Source: Marsupella aquatica (lineage: Eukaryota > Plantae > Marchantiophyta). From it: a stretch of DNA of 64,000 nt. This document shows, piece after piece, positions 14,026 to 25,950 of this stretch. The stretch lies in contig OZ316895.1 of the NCBI GenBank assembly GCA_973895155.1, positions 21,278,558-21,342,557 of the forward strand. Reading direction: 5' to 3'. The notes beneath the pieces were generated by a model. It was not told the DNA's origin, ran no database searches, and was given only the letters and a program-made list of their open reading frames with translations. How positions within the stretch are numbered: the first letter of the stretch is position 1; every line of letters starts with the position of its first letter. The translations under genes were made by a program, and so were the position numbers.

Positions 14026-15144
14026 ATGGTCAAGAAGGTGCATTCGTATTCGCTGGCGGCCCCAGAGGAGAAGCAAGGGTATGAGGGCAGCGGCTACCAT
14101 CTGATATCATCCTGTAAACATGTGGCATTGATTCTCATGATTGTCAGTGGATTCGTCATGTACACGAAGTTTCTCTTGCAGGACGTGATTCAGAGGGCAA
14201 ATGTTCCAGGATTCCTCGCTCCTGTTGACAGCTTGTATCACAGCCATAGCGAGGAAGCCAACGATAGGAATGGGGTGAAAAGTCCCTCCATGAGCGCAGA
14301 AAATTCGAATGACAATTCGCGAGCAACACAGCTGCCAGGACATGAGCACGACAGCATGAATGTGCAAACCCAGCAGGAAATAGTCGAAGCCGGCCCAAGT
14401 ACTGATGTGAATTCTATCACCAGTTCTCCTCCAGCGAAGTTCAGGGTACTCCTGGGAGTTTTCATACTGGCGTATAAAATGAAGAGAAGGGACATAATTC
14501 GGCTTGCATACAGAGTGCAGTCATCCGAGTATGCAGACTTCACCGTTCTGTTCATTCTGGGAGGCTACAAGCTGGAATCGTGGCTAGAGTGGGAGAATAC
14601 CACTTATGGTGATCTAATAGTTCTGCAGTGCAAGGAGAACTTGAACGAAGGGAAGACTTTCACATTCTTCTCGAGCTTGCCAGATCTAGGGCGTCGATAC
14701 GACTATGTGATGAAAGTTGACGATGACTCGTATGTCCACCTAAGTAATCTGGAGAAACATCTCAAACCCTTCCCGAGAACAGATCTTTACTATGGATACA
14801 GCTTACCGTGTGACAAGGATGATCCTGGGCATGTGGCTGATTTTCGGGTGGGAGCTGGGTACGTACTTTCTTGGGACTTGGTGGTGTGGATCAAAGACTC
14901 CCCAATTCCGAGAAACGCTTCTAATGGTACAGAAGATTACCTTGTTGGGCAGTGGTTCAAAGAAGGGAACGTCGCCAAGAATCGACCTTACAGCATGCAT
15001 TTGTTCCATGACCACCCTGACCAGGGAGGGGCCTGTGCCCGGCCACTGTCCGAGGAATCTATCCTGATCCATAAATTGAAGAGTGATGAGCGATGGTACG
15101 AAGTGATCGACTTCTTCAACACATCCAGGTCTCTCAACAATTAA
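14026..15144 (+). CDS. GT31 (Galactosyl_T) beta-1,3-galactosyltransferase-like protein, intronless, paralogue 1
   Basis: Type II TM, stem, RRDIIRLAY, ENTTYGDLIVL, ENLNEGKT, YVMKVDDDSYV (DxD), GAGYVLSWDLV, EDYLVGQWF and IHKLK. First ATG is at 14026. Confidence 0.92.
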   Translation: MVKKVHSYSLAAPEEKQGYEGSGYHLISSCKHVALILMIVSGFVMYTKFLLQDVIQRANVPGFLAPVDSLYHSHSEEANDRNGVKSPSMSAENSNDNSRATQLPGHEHDSMNVQTQQEIVEAGPSTDVNSITSSPPAKFRVLLGVFILAYKMKRRDIIRLAYRVQSSEYADFTVLFILGGYKLESWLEWENTTYGDLIVLQCKENLNEGKTFTFFSSLPDLGRRYDYVMKVDDDSYVHLSNLEKHLKPFPRTDLYYGYSLPCDKDDPGHVADFRVGAGYVLSWDLVVWIKDSPIPRNASNGTEDYLVGQWFKEGNVAKNRPYSMHLFHDHPDQGGACARPLSEESILIHKLKSDERWYEVIDFFNTSRSLNN

Positions 15145-16419
15145 TACCTCACTCTGTCAAATTTTGCTCTTAGTTTTTACGAGAAATTAGAATTAGACCA
15201 GGTCGACACTTGAGTTCAAACATATGTAAACACTGGTAGAACGTACAGTCCATGATATCAAATTGTACATCAAGTTTTGTCACACTTCGATTAAAAATTG
15301 GCCTGCTCAATTATCCATTAATAAGCTAGGCATCGATCTTGTGGGGTCACTGATTCGGAGGCATTCATGTTGTATCGAGCTACTCGTTGAGGTTCCAGTT
15401 CATGGGCTGCTCAATCTTGTTCCTGATTAAATATAATTATACGAGCTCGGATTAAGTTTCTGCCCAAAAGGAGAGCGATCCGATCCATCCATCCATAAAA
15501 TGTGACCATTATCGAGAATTCTCCTTCCAACTTTCGGATCCTTGTAGTTCTTAAAAGCGCTTAATGGATTCATGAGCTAGCTAGAGAGTGTAGCCATGTA
15601 TGCTAGCTAGCAACGAGTCACAGACCAAGAATGTCGAAGCGATCCGAATTGAAATTCCCAAGCAGGTCGTGCCTCCAATGGGAGTATTCATATGTACACT
15701 GAATTGGCTGAATGTGGATATTGATTTTGCAATATTTATAAAAGTTGATCGATCGATGATGGATGTTGATCGATGAATTGGTTCTAGACATTTTCCCCTA
15801 TTTGGATTATTTTGCTCTAGCTGCATTCAATCTTCAACCGTACCTGTACAGTAGCTAGCTCAGGTCCTACCTTGCAGAGAGCTGTAACGATTTAAGTACT
15901 TGCATGTATAGAATCACACAACAAAGCGGGACAGAATTGTGAAAGCTTTGTTTTGTAAATCTCTGTACGCCATAGCTAATTGTACATGTCGACTCGTGAG
16001 ATCTATTTGAGCTTGATGTGTCTGTATTAGAAAGACCATTAATTGCCTGCAGACCCAATCATGCCATGTTTTTCTTTGAATACTAGCCTCATTAGCCCTT
16101 CCTTGAACTTCAAATACTAGGGGTGACTACCAAACAAGACCTTGGACAAAAATAACAATTCTGTGGTATTTCCCCTTACTATTTCCCAGGCCTTTGCCTC
16201 CACCCCTGTTTATACTCCTCATTTTCAGTTATGTCCTTAGAGTCCCACTCTACCTCCATCCAGTGCTTTTGTCTATACACTCACTTTCATTTATCAGAAA
16301 CTATAATACAACGTTGCGCCCATTTTTGCCGTGGTCGTCATTTGAATTTACGGTGTCGTTTTCAGTGAGAAAAATCAAAACCACCAAAAACAAAAGCAAT
16401 AGGACAAAATGCAGTGCCG

Positions 16420-17080
16420 CCGCGAATGCAATGCGGTGCCGAATCCCGTGTAGCGGCGACAGCCCTGTGAACCCGCATCGCGGCGACTCAGCCGGAGCTC
16501 CCTCCCGTCGCGGCCGTGCACTCCCCCTTGCCGCGACCCTGCTGCCTCCTCCCCGCTCCCTCCTCCCTTACGCTCCCTCCCTCCTGTCGCGGCCATGCAC
16601 TCCCCCCCTTGCCGCGACCCTTCTCCCTCCTCCCCGCTCCCTCCTCCCTTGCGCTCCCTCCTCCCTCGCGACACTCCCTCCCTCCCACCTCCGCCTCTCG
16701 CCTCTCGCCTCCCAGTGCTGCGCCCCCCGAGCCCTTGGACCCCGGCTCGCCCTCGGACCCCGTCTCCCACTGCCGCGCCTCCCCCCGAGCCTGGACTTGA
16801 CGGCGACTCCTCCCGCCTCTCGCCTCCCAGTGCCGCGCCCTTGGACCCCGCCTCGCCCTTGGACCCCGCCTCGCGCCTCCCACTACTACTGCCGCGCCTC
16901 CCCCTTGAGCCTGGCCGCGACCTGAGCCGGTGGAGTCCGTGCCTGGACTTGACGGCGTCGCCGCGGCGACACCCTCCCGCTCTCCCGCCCCCAAGGCTGG
17001 CCGCGCTCCCTGCGCTCCCCACAAAGCTGAGGCTGGCCGGTCGACCCCGCGCCGCTGGCTGGCCGGTCGACCCCGCTCAC
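16420..17080. repeat. Very GC-rich, C-skewed low-complexity region with short imperfect repeats in the Helitron 5' end
   Basis: Recurrent CGCGGCC(G/A)TGCACTCCCCCTTGCCGCGACCC, CCTTGGACCCCG and GCCTGGACTTGACGGCG units. It produces several spurious Pro/Arg/Gly-rich ORFs. Confidence 0.7.
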
Positions 17081-17295
17081 ACTATGTCTTTACAACTCCA
17101 TTTAAAACAGAAAAACGCTTGGGTTGGGGGCCAAAAACATCGGGACCAAACTTGGTCCGGGGGTGGCAGGTCCCCAGAAGTATATATGAGGGGACCACCT
17201 CCTCTCAAGTATCCAAGTTGGAAGGTGACACAAACCACACCACCACCCCAAGGGGGAATGGCGTTGGCAAGTAAGGAGCCGAGTAAACACGGATG

Positions 17296-18900
17296 AGGTT
17301 ACCAATGGGATTCCATGCAAGGGGTAGGAAATTTGTGCCGCTGAAAAGTCGGCCAAGCCGTGCCATTGCCCCAAGGGGTCTCGGCATTGGGGCGGCCAAA
17401 GCCAAGTAAGCGGCCGCGGCGACTTTAAGTTAGACCCTTAAAGTAACCAAAAATCTGGGGTTACCAATGGGGTTTGGGGATGCAAGGGGTAGGAAAAAAG
17501 GCCTGTTGAAAAGTCGGCCAAGCCGTGCCGTTGCCCCAAGGGGTCTCGGCATTGGGGCGGCCAAAGCCAAGTAAGCGGCCGCGGCGACTTTAAGTTAGAC
17601 CCTTAAAGTAACCAAAAATCTGGGGTTACCAATGGGGTTTGGGGATGCAAGGGGTAGGAAAAAAGGCCTGTTGAAAAGTCGGCCAAGCCGTGCCGTTGCC
17701 CCAAGGGGTCTCGGCATTGGGGCGGCCAAAGCCAAGTAAGCGGCCGCGGCGACTTTAAGTTAGACCCTTAAAGTAACCAAAAATCTGGGGTTACCAATGG
17801 GGTTTGGGGATGCAAGGGGTAGGAAAAAAGGCCTGTTGAAAAGTCGGCCAAGCCGTGCCATTGCCCCAAGGGGTCTCGGCATTGGGGCGGCCAAAGCCAA
17901 GTAAGCGGCCGCGGCGACTTTAAGTTAGACCCTTAAAGTAACCAAAAATCTGGGGTTACCAATGGGGTTTGGGGATGCAAGGGGTAGGAAAAAAGGCCTG
18001 TTGAAAAGTCGGCCAAGCCGTGCCGTTGCCCCAAGGGGTCTCGGCATTGGGGCGGCCAAAGCCAAGTAAGCGGCCGCGGCGACTTTAAGTTAGACCCTTA
18101 AAGTAACCAAAAATCTGGGGTTACCAATGGGGTTTGGGGATGCAAGGGGTAGGAAAAAAGGCCTGTTGAAAAGTCGGCCAAGCCGTGCCATTGCCCCAAG
18201 GGGTCTCGGCATTGGGGCGGCCAAAGCCAAGTAAGCGGCCGCGGCGACTTTAAGTTAGACCCTTAAAGTAACCAAAAATCTGGGGTTACCAATGGGGTTT
18301 GGGGATGCAAGGGGTAGGAAAAAAGGCCTGTTGAAAAGTCGGCCAAGCCGTGCCGTTGCCCCAAGTGGTCTCGGCATTGGGGCGGCCAAAGCCAAGTAAG
18401 CGGCTGCGGCGACTTTAAGTTAGACCCTTAAAGTAACCAAAAATCTGGGGTTACCAATGGGGTTTGGGGATGCAAGGGGTAGGAAAAAAGGCCTGTTGAA
18501 AAGTCGGCCAAGCCGTGCCGTTGCCCCAAGGGGTCTCGGCATTGGGGCGGCCAAAGCCAAGTAAGCGGCCTCGGCGACTTTAAGTTAGACCCTTAAAGTA
18601 ACCAAAAATCTGGGGTTACCAATGGGGTTTGGGGATGCAAGGGGTAGGAAAAAAGGCCTGTTGAAAAGTCGGCCAAGCCGTGCCATTGCCCCAAGGGGTC
18701 TCGGCATTGGGGCGGCCAAAGCCAAGTAAGCGGCCGCCGCGACTTTCAGTTAAACAACTTTAAGTCACAAAAACTTTGGGGTTACCAATGGGGTTTGGGG
18801 ATCATGCAAGGAGTGGCGAAATGTTTAGTTGAAAAGTTGGCCAAGCCGTGTCGTTGCCCCAAGGGGTCTTGGCATAGGGGTGGCCAAAGCCAAGTAAGCA
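17296..18900. repeat. Tandem array of a 165-bp unit, ~10 copies, inside the Helitron
   Basis: TTACCAATGG recurs at 17299, 17461, 17626, 17791, 17956, 18121, 18286, 18451, 18616 and ~18782. Central copies are nearly identical and the terminal copies are diverged. Confidence 0.97.
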
Positions 18901-19649
18901 AACATGGGTTAACTTAGGGGCAAGAGGCACAACTCCTGGAATATCCCATGTTGGCCGCCAAGGTTGGTTGGGTGGGTGGGATGAGGGGGCCCTTATAGGA
19001 TGTATCCTTGACGGATATTGGGCTCCTTCTAATATCCCATGTCTCTTGCGATGGTGTCCTCCAACCGACGTTCAACTTACTTAGGGTTTGTCAAGCTTGG
19101 AATGGGGCATGTAAATTTAAATGACTCATTTAAATTAGAATGACTAACAAAATATGTGCGTTGGATGCAGACAACGGACTATGTGTGGGAGCATGGAGTA
19201 ATTAGGGCTTTCTTATGCTGAGGGTACCGTTGCCAACATGCCTCCTCCCGACCAGGTATTGGCGGCTCGGCGTGAGAGGTACGCCAAAAACAAAGACGCC
19301 ATTAATGAAAGGCGGAGGGCGAGGCGAGCGCAGCGTCGGCAACAACAAAATGGGGTGGTTGGAAATAATGGAGGGGCTGCAGGGGCTCCAACTGATGGGG
19401 TTCGGGCAGAAGCGAGTGCTCAACCAAACTTGGTTGGGCGTATGAACAGTGGGAGACAGCTTCGTCGTGAGGCTCGAGGCCAAGGGCAAGCATTGGAAAG
19501 GCCCCATGCCATTTCCAATATTGGTGTTGGTGATCCAAGCACATCGGTCCGCCAACCCATGGTTCCCTGTGACCCACATGTATTTGATGAAGGATGGCTC
19601 ATTCAAGGTGCTTTGGATGAAAGTCAGATTCACCATCCTCCATTGGAGT

Positions 19650-19922
19650 CTCGGGGGGGTCACTTCCACAAATGTTGACATCATGTGCGAACGAAGTAAG
19701 GGGCATTTTATTCATTTTAGGGAAGTACTTAGAAGTAGCGAGGAAGTAAGTAAGGGGGGAACAATTCAAAAAGTGCCACTTGTCATCACATGATTCATTG
19801 CTTGCCACGTGTCAATAAATGATTGATGGGTTTTTTGAGCTTCCTATTCCTTTTTGAGAGAGTGATTAAATAGGGGCGTTCGCACATGGTATACAACAAT
19901 TTCATAAGGTGAACCCCCCGAG
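19650..19922. mobile_element. MITE (273 bp) with TIRs and 8-bp TSD, inserted in RepHel
   Basis: TSD ATTGGAGT (19642-19649 / 19923-19930). Ends are CTCGGGGGGGTCAC...CATGTGCGAACG and CGTTCGCACATG...GTGAACCCCCCGAG. Removal restores HHPPLELASN. Confidence 0.92.
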
Positions 19923-21662
19923 ATTGGAGTTAGCCTCCAATGTGTCCTATGAGGCAGCATCACATGTTCAGCCGGAACCTTGCCTCTATGATGAGGAGTG
20001 GCTTATCAATGGGGCGTTGGATGATGGGGGGATTGATCATCCGCCGGAGGAACCGATGCACGCTCACACTGAAACTCATTTGTTTGATGAGGAGTGGCTC
20101 ATCAATGGGGCAATGGATGGCGGGTTTGATCAACATGCGGTGGGGGAATTATATGACGTTGAGGAAGATTATGTCAACGATGGGGATGGTGAATTTGACA
20201 CTTTTGTGGAGGGAACCTTGGAGCTGTCAAGTGGAGAAAGGGAGCCGAATGTAGGGCCGGATATTATGTTTGAAGTCCAGGAGAGTTTGGCAGCTGCACC
20301 AGTGACACCTGCATTGCGGAGCGAAGAAGAAATAGCGCAAAGAAGACGGAGGGCACAACTAATCAGTCGTCTTCCAAAGGCGCGAAGGCCATTGGATCCT
20401 CACTTGGCCCGACATGGTTTGGGGCGTATGGATGTGGTTTGCCACAGATGTGGGGCACTTCATTGGCTTCTTGAATGCAAAAAGGGCACCGAAAACAATC
20501 CCCTTTTTAGTGCCTGCTGTGCCAACGGCAAGGTGAAATTGCCTCCTTTTGGTGCCCCACCCGAGCCTCTGCGAAGCTTGCTTACAAGGCAAGACAATGT
20601 TGGGAAGAATTTCCGCGACAACATAAGAGGTTATAACAATGCCTTGGCGTTTACCTCCATTGGTGCAAAAGTGGATGAGCACAATAATAGTCGAGGACCT
20701 TATTCCTTTCGTATCCAAGGAGCGTTGTACCATCTTGCGGGAAGAATTTTGCCCCCTACAGGAGAAGGACCCAAATTTGCGCAATTGTACATTTACGACA
20801 CCGCCAATGAAGTGGGGAATAGGTACCTTCCCCAATCCCATGACCACTTGCTCTTCCATCTTGCTTAGGTACATTTTCATATATCTCCAACCCAAGTGGT
20901 TCTAATTGCTTTTGTTGCAGGCTCAACCGAATGCCGCACTTGGATCCAAGGATATTGGCTCAACTACAAGACATGTTGCATGAACATAATGGATATGTTC
21001 ATCTATTTAAGAACGCAGGAAGTCGGATCGAGGGGGGAGATGTGCCAGAGGTATCTTTACGCCTCCTGGCTGAGCGCGACAGTGATCCAAGACGTTATAA
21101 CAAGCCCACGGCTAATGAGATTGGCGTTGTCATGGTGGGTGATGAAGATATAGAGGTATGCCATAGGGACATCATCCTTAGGCAAATAGATGGGCATTTG
21201 CGCAGGATCTCTGAGTGGCATAGGTCTTATGCACCACTCCACTATGTTCTTCTTTTCCCGCGAGGCCAAGACGGATGGTCATATGATATCCCGTTGACGG
21301 GTTTTGAAATGAGTGACGGGGTTCTTCAGCAAGCTATTATCGGGGCAAGGAGTGGACGTAACGGGTCCAAGAAGGTCACCCAACTACAATACTTTGCATA
21401 CCATCTTCATGCACGATGCAATGATGATTGGCTCCTTCGTGGTGGACGGCTCCTAAAGCAGTACATTGTTGATGCCTATGCATGCATCGATCAAACACGC
21501 TTGACGTATATCCGCAATAATCAACAAAAATTGCGGACTGACCTATATTCGGGTCTTCAAGATGCCGTGCACGAGGGAGATACACGCGCAAGTGAGTTGG
21601 GCAAGACTTTCATCCTGCCCTCGACTTATGGTGGTAGCGCACGTAGCATGGCCCAAGCATAC

Positions 21663-21959
21663 CTCGGGGGTCTCACTATATGGGGACCTCCCCATCGCCT
21701 GCGACGTTTTTAGGCCTCGGACCCCCTAAAATGTAAGAAATTTTTTTTATTTTTTAACCCCTATAAAGTTGGAATATTCTTGGAATATTCTAAAATTTGG
21801 ATTAAAAAGACCCTTATATTCTTATAAGTCTCAAAATTGAATTTAAAAAACCCTATTGTTCTTCTACAAAAATTCTTAAGTCTTCCCTTAGAACCAATAA
21901 AATGACCCTATCCTTCGTCGCACGTGATATGCCATTTTTGTGGAAGTGAGACCCCCGAG
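21663..21959. mobile_element. MITE (297 bp) with 15-bp perfect TIR and 8-bp TSD, inserted in RepHel
   Basis: TSD AAGCATAC (21655-21662 / 21960-21967). TIR CTCGGGGGTCTCACT / AGTGAGACCCCCGAG. Removal restores SMAQAYQDAMAVVR. Confidence 0.95.
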
Positions 21960-22374
21960 AAGCATACCAGGATGCCATGGCTGTCGTACGCACATACGGC
22001 CCGCCAGATCTCTTCATCACGTTCACTTGCAATCCAGAATGGCCGGAGATCAAAGCTGAGTGCTTTGAGGTTCAAAGTCCAGCCGACCGGGATGAGATTG
22101 TGGCACGATGCTTCAAACTGAAGCTAAGGGCGCTATTAGCAGAGGTTCGCCAAGGGGTCTTAGGAAGGCCTGTTGCCTCTATGTATGTCATAGAGTTCCA
22201 AAAGCGTGGGTTGCCCCATGCCCACATGTTGATCATTTTGGCAGAGCAGCACAAGATTCGCACCCCTGACGAGGTGGATGAGTTGGTGTGTGCGGAGATC
22301 CCAGATAGAGTAAAATATCGTTGACTTCATGAGACGATAACCAAGTGCATGGTCCATGGTCCATGTGGCATAGG

Positions 22375-22850
22375 CCCGGGTATGCAACTCCCCTTTTTAT
22401 AAGGCAAGTTTTTAATTCCTTATAATGGCCTTATATCCAATTGACCATCTTAGATTTCATTTTAGTCTACTAAAGTCTTGTACCTCTAAACTCAAGGAAT
22501 CCAAAAATGTAACTTAAAAAAAAAAACCGAACATGTTTTGATGTACAAAAAATTGATCAAAACCAAATTATATGGGTTTTTTTAATACAGGGGTCTACAG
22601 CCAAACTAGCCAGCTTTTTAGGATTTTTATTAAAATTTTAAAAATATTTTAATAAAAATTACAACATGTACAGGAATATTTTTTAATTTCATATGGAAAA
22701 TGAAGAAAACCAAACCTTTTATATGACTTGAAAATTTTTAAAAGTGGAAAACCCAGGTTTTTTCAAATTTTAATTATTTTGTATAGCCAACTTTTTAGTC
22801 CATATAAAAATGTAGACCCCTGTCTATTATATAAGAGTTGCGTACCCGGG
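22375..22850. mobile_element. MITE (476 bp, AT-rich) with 16-bp TIR and 8-bp TSD, inserted in RepHel
   Basis: TSD GGCATAGG (22367-22374 / 22851-22858). TIR CCCGGGTATGCAACTC / GAGTTGCGTACCCGGG. Removal restores MVHGPCGIGYPNSPCM. Confidence 0.95.
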
Positions 22851-25629
22851 GGCATAGGTTATCCAAACTCACCCTGCATGGAAGATGGGAAGTGCATGAA
22901 GAAATATCTGCGCGAATTCTCCTCAGAGACACAATTTGGGGACGGAGGCTATCCTTTGTATCGGAGGAGAGACAATGGCCAGTCATTCAACAAGGACAAT
23001 AATGGATTTAGGTTTGACAATATGTGGGTTGTTCCCTATAGCCCATACTTGAGCATGAAATACAATGCTCACATTAACGTGGAGATTTGTTGTTCCATTA
23101 AGGCGATTAAGTACTTATACAAGTATGTATATAAGGGGCATGATCGTGCGACGGTGGAAGTTGGAGAGTCACGGGATGAAATCAAAACACATCTTGATGC
23201 CCGTTATGTGTCTGCGGCGGAAGGGACGTGGCACATTTTCCAATTTAAAATGGCAGAGAGTAGTACTTCTGTCCAACGTCTCCAAGTGCATTGTGAAAGG
23301 GAGCAGGCAGTGATGTTCAATGAAGATGCAGACATCATAGACGTGGTTGAAAGGGAGTCGGACAGGGACACCACTTTGACAGGATGGTTCAAGACAAATG
23401 CAATGTTTGAATCGGCACGCCATGTCACATACACTAATTTCCCTCAAGAATGGACGTGGAACAAGGCTCTACGGAAATGGTCTCCGCGTCAGCAAGGGTT
23501 TAGCATTGGGCGAATGTACTTTGTGGCACCATCGGCTGGGGAGAGATATTATTTGCGAGCCCTCTTGAGTGTTGTCACTGGGGCTCAAAGTTTTGAAGAT
23601 CTCCGAACTTTTGAGAACGTGGTGCATCCAACGTTCAAAGAGGCCGCCCTCGCGCGTGGATTGTACGAGAATGATGTAGAGTGGGATAGGTGTCTTGGCG
23701 AGGCGGGCCTCATGCAGACCGGTTCACAACTTCGACGGTTGTTCATCACCATCCTCATCTTTGGCGGCCCCACACAACCCTTTGATCTGTGGACAAGTTA
23801 CGCTTCAAAGTTGAGTGATGATTGTTGTCATCGCCTTCTCAGCATGGGTTTTCTTGAACCCTCGGAAGAATAACAAAGGAGCTTCGCACTGTATTTAATT
23901 GGACAGGCATTGCACACCCAAGGGAAGACGTTGGGTGAATTTGGGTTGCCCCTCCCTTCAGAACAGTTTTGTGAAGATCTGGCAAACACCAATCAATTGA
24001 TATGGGAGGAGATGTCCTATCGCCAGGAGGATTTGGAACAACAATTGGCTGAGCAGGAGCCGTTGTTGAATGTTGGGCAATGTACTGCTTACACTGCAAT
24101 ATTGGAGGCGGTTAGGGGTCGTGAGGCTTCCACATTCTTCATAGATGGGCCAGGAGGGACAGGGAAGACCTTTGTGGAGAATGTGCTTTTACGTAGGGTG
24201 CGGGCTGATGGGGACGTAGCGTTGGCTGTGGCCTCTTCGGGAATTGCAGGTTTGTTGTTGGATGGAGGTCGCACAGCACATTCAAGGTTTAAGCTTCCTC
24301 TCAATCCCGATGCTCAATCACTATGCAACGTGAAGAAGCAAACAGAGCTTGCTGAATTGTTGCGAAGGACAACATTCATTCTGTGGGATGAAGCGCCTAT
24401 GGTTCATCGACATGCTGTGGAGGCGCTTGATAGGACACTTCGCGACATAAGAGAAGACAACAAAAAGTTTGGGGGGCTGGTGGTTGCATTTGCAGGGGAC
24501 TTTCGACAAGTGTTGCCGGTGAAAGCAAGAGCAAGCCGTGCGCAGATTGTGGGAGGATGCTTGAAGAAATCTCACATTTGGCACTCTGTGAAAACATTCA
24601 AGCTTACGGAGAATATGCGTGCGCGGGGTACATCCACTTCAATTGAGTTTGGGAACCAGACTTTCCAAGAATGGCTCCTTCAACTTGGGGATGATAAATT
24701 GCCAAAGCAAGGAGCGTTGAATAACATGATTATGGTCCCGCCATCCATGACGGAGAACATTGTTGATACCGACTCCTTGATTCGTGCAATTTATCCATCA
24801 TTGGAGAATATTGATGACAAGTTCCTAAGCAAGAGAACAATATTGGCGCCAACGAACGAGGAGGCGCTGAAGATCAACAGTTCAATATTGGAAGGGCTCG
24901 CAGGAGATGCGCACACCTTCTTAAGTATAGATCGCCCCGATCAATTGGAAGGATGTGACTTTTACCCTACTGAGTTCTTGAATACGCTAACACCCAGCGG
25001 CTTGCCTCTGCACAAGCTGGTACTTAAGGATGGATGCCCTGTTATTCTTTTAGGTAATGTCGACTTCACTACAGGATTATGTAACGGGACACGACTCATA
25101 GTACGTACAATCAATAGCCGTGTCATAGAGGCGCGGGTTCTTGCAAGCAAACATGCAGGGAACATAACGTTCATACCACGTATTCCATTGACGTCAGATG
25201 AGGGACTTCCTTTCATGCTGCGAAGAGTCCAATTCCCAGTTCGAGTGGCATATGCCATGACTATTAATAAGGCACAAGGTCAGACTTTAGAACATGTAGG
25301 ATTGCAACTTTCTAAGTCGGTTTTCAGTCATGGTCAATTGTATGTTGCCTTTTCAAGAGCAACATGTCCTACAAGGATAAAAGTGTTACTTCCAGACGAT
25401 GAAGATGGAGAAGCAAAGTTGACCAAAAATGTTGTATATGATGAAGTTCTCTACTAAATCAATAAAGACCTCATCATGTGTATTCTCTTCAAAATATTGT
25501 ATCAAGTGTGAATGTTATTCTTTCATTTTTGTATTTAACAACATCTTTTACTTCATAATGTCTTTGACTAATGACATGTTTTACTTATTGACCATATTGT
25601 ACTCACAACATTTTTATACTTAGCCAATT

Positions 25630-25950
25630 TTTTTCTCAACAACTTCTTGGGCAACATAACATCTTTTCTCTCCACGACCTCTTGGTTGGCACAACATCGA
25701 TCTTTTGTCTGCACGATCGCTTGGCCGGCATGACATCTTTTCTCTCCACGACCTCTTGGCTGGCACAACATCTTTTCTCTCCACGACCGCTTGGCCGACA
25801 CGACATCTTTTCTCTCCATGACTTTTTGGCGGACACGACATCTTTTTTTCTCAACGACATCTTGGCCAACACATCTTTTTCTCTCAACGATATCTTGGCC
25901 GACACGACATCTTGGCCGCCACGACTTCTTGGCCGCCACGACTTCTTTTG
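25630..25950 (+). repeat. Helitron 3' subterminal minisatellite (~33-37-bp unit)
   Basis: Repeated CTC(A/C)ACGACCTCTTGGCCGACACGACATCTTTT. The same unit occurs in the non-autonomous copies (27230-27850 reverse; 41740-42320). Confidence 0.85.

Larger units (their letters stand above)
19238..25457 (+). pseudogene. Helitron RepHel (Zn-finger, HUH Rep, PIF1 helicase), disrupted; reconstructs to ~1683 aa
   Basis: Zn finger CHRCGALHW..ACCANG. Rep motifs DLFITFTCNP, VIEFQKRGLPHAHML and KYLYKYVYKGHD. Helicase motifs GPGGTGKT, WDEAPM, GDFRQVLPV, AMTINKAQGQTL and SHGQLYVAFSR. The frame is restored by removing intron 20823-20920 and three MITEs (each with one TSD copy). In-frame stops remain at 22322 (TGA) and 23871 (TAA). 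Confidence 0.93.

Noticed and set aside
16194-17405. Several long overlapping Pro/Arg/Gly-rich ORFs on both strands
   Set aside because: They arise from extreme GC content and short repeats in the Helitron 5' region. No domain is recognisable, and being open in many frames indicates a compositional artefact.
17296-18900. Possible CRISPR array
   Set aside because: Units are repeated head-to-tail in full with no unique spacers, there are no cas genes, and the context is eukaryotic.
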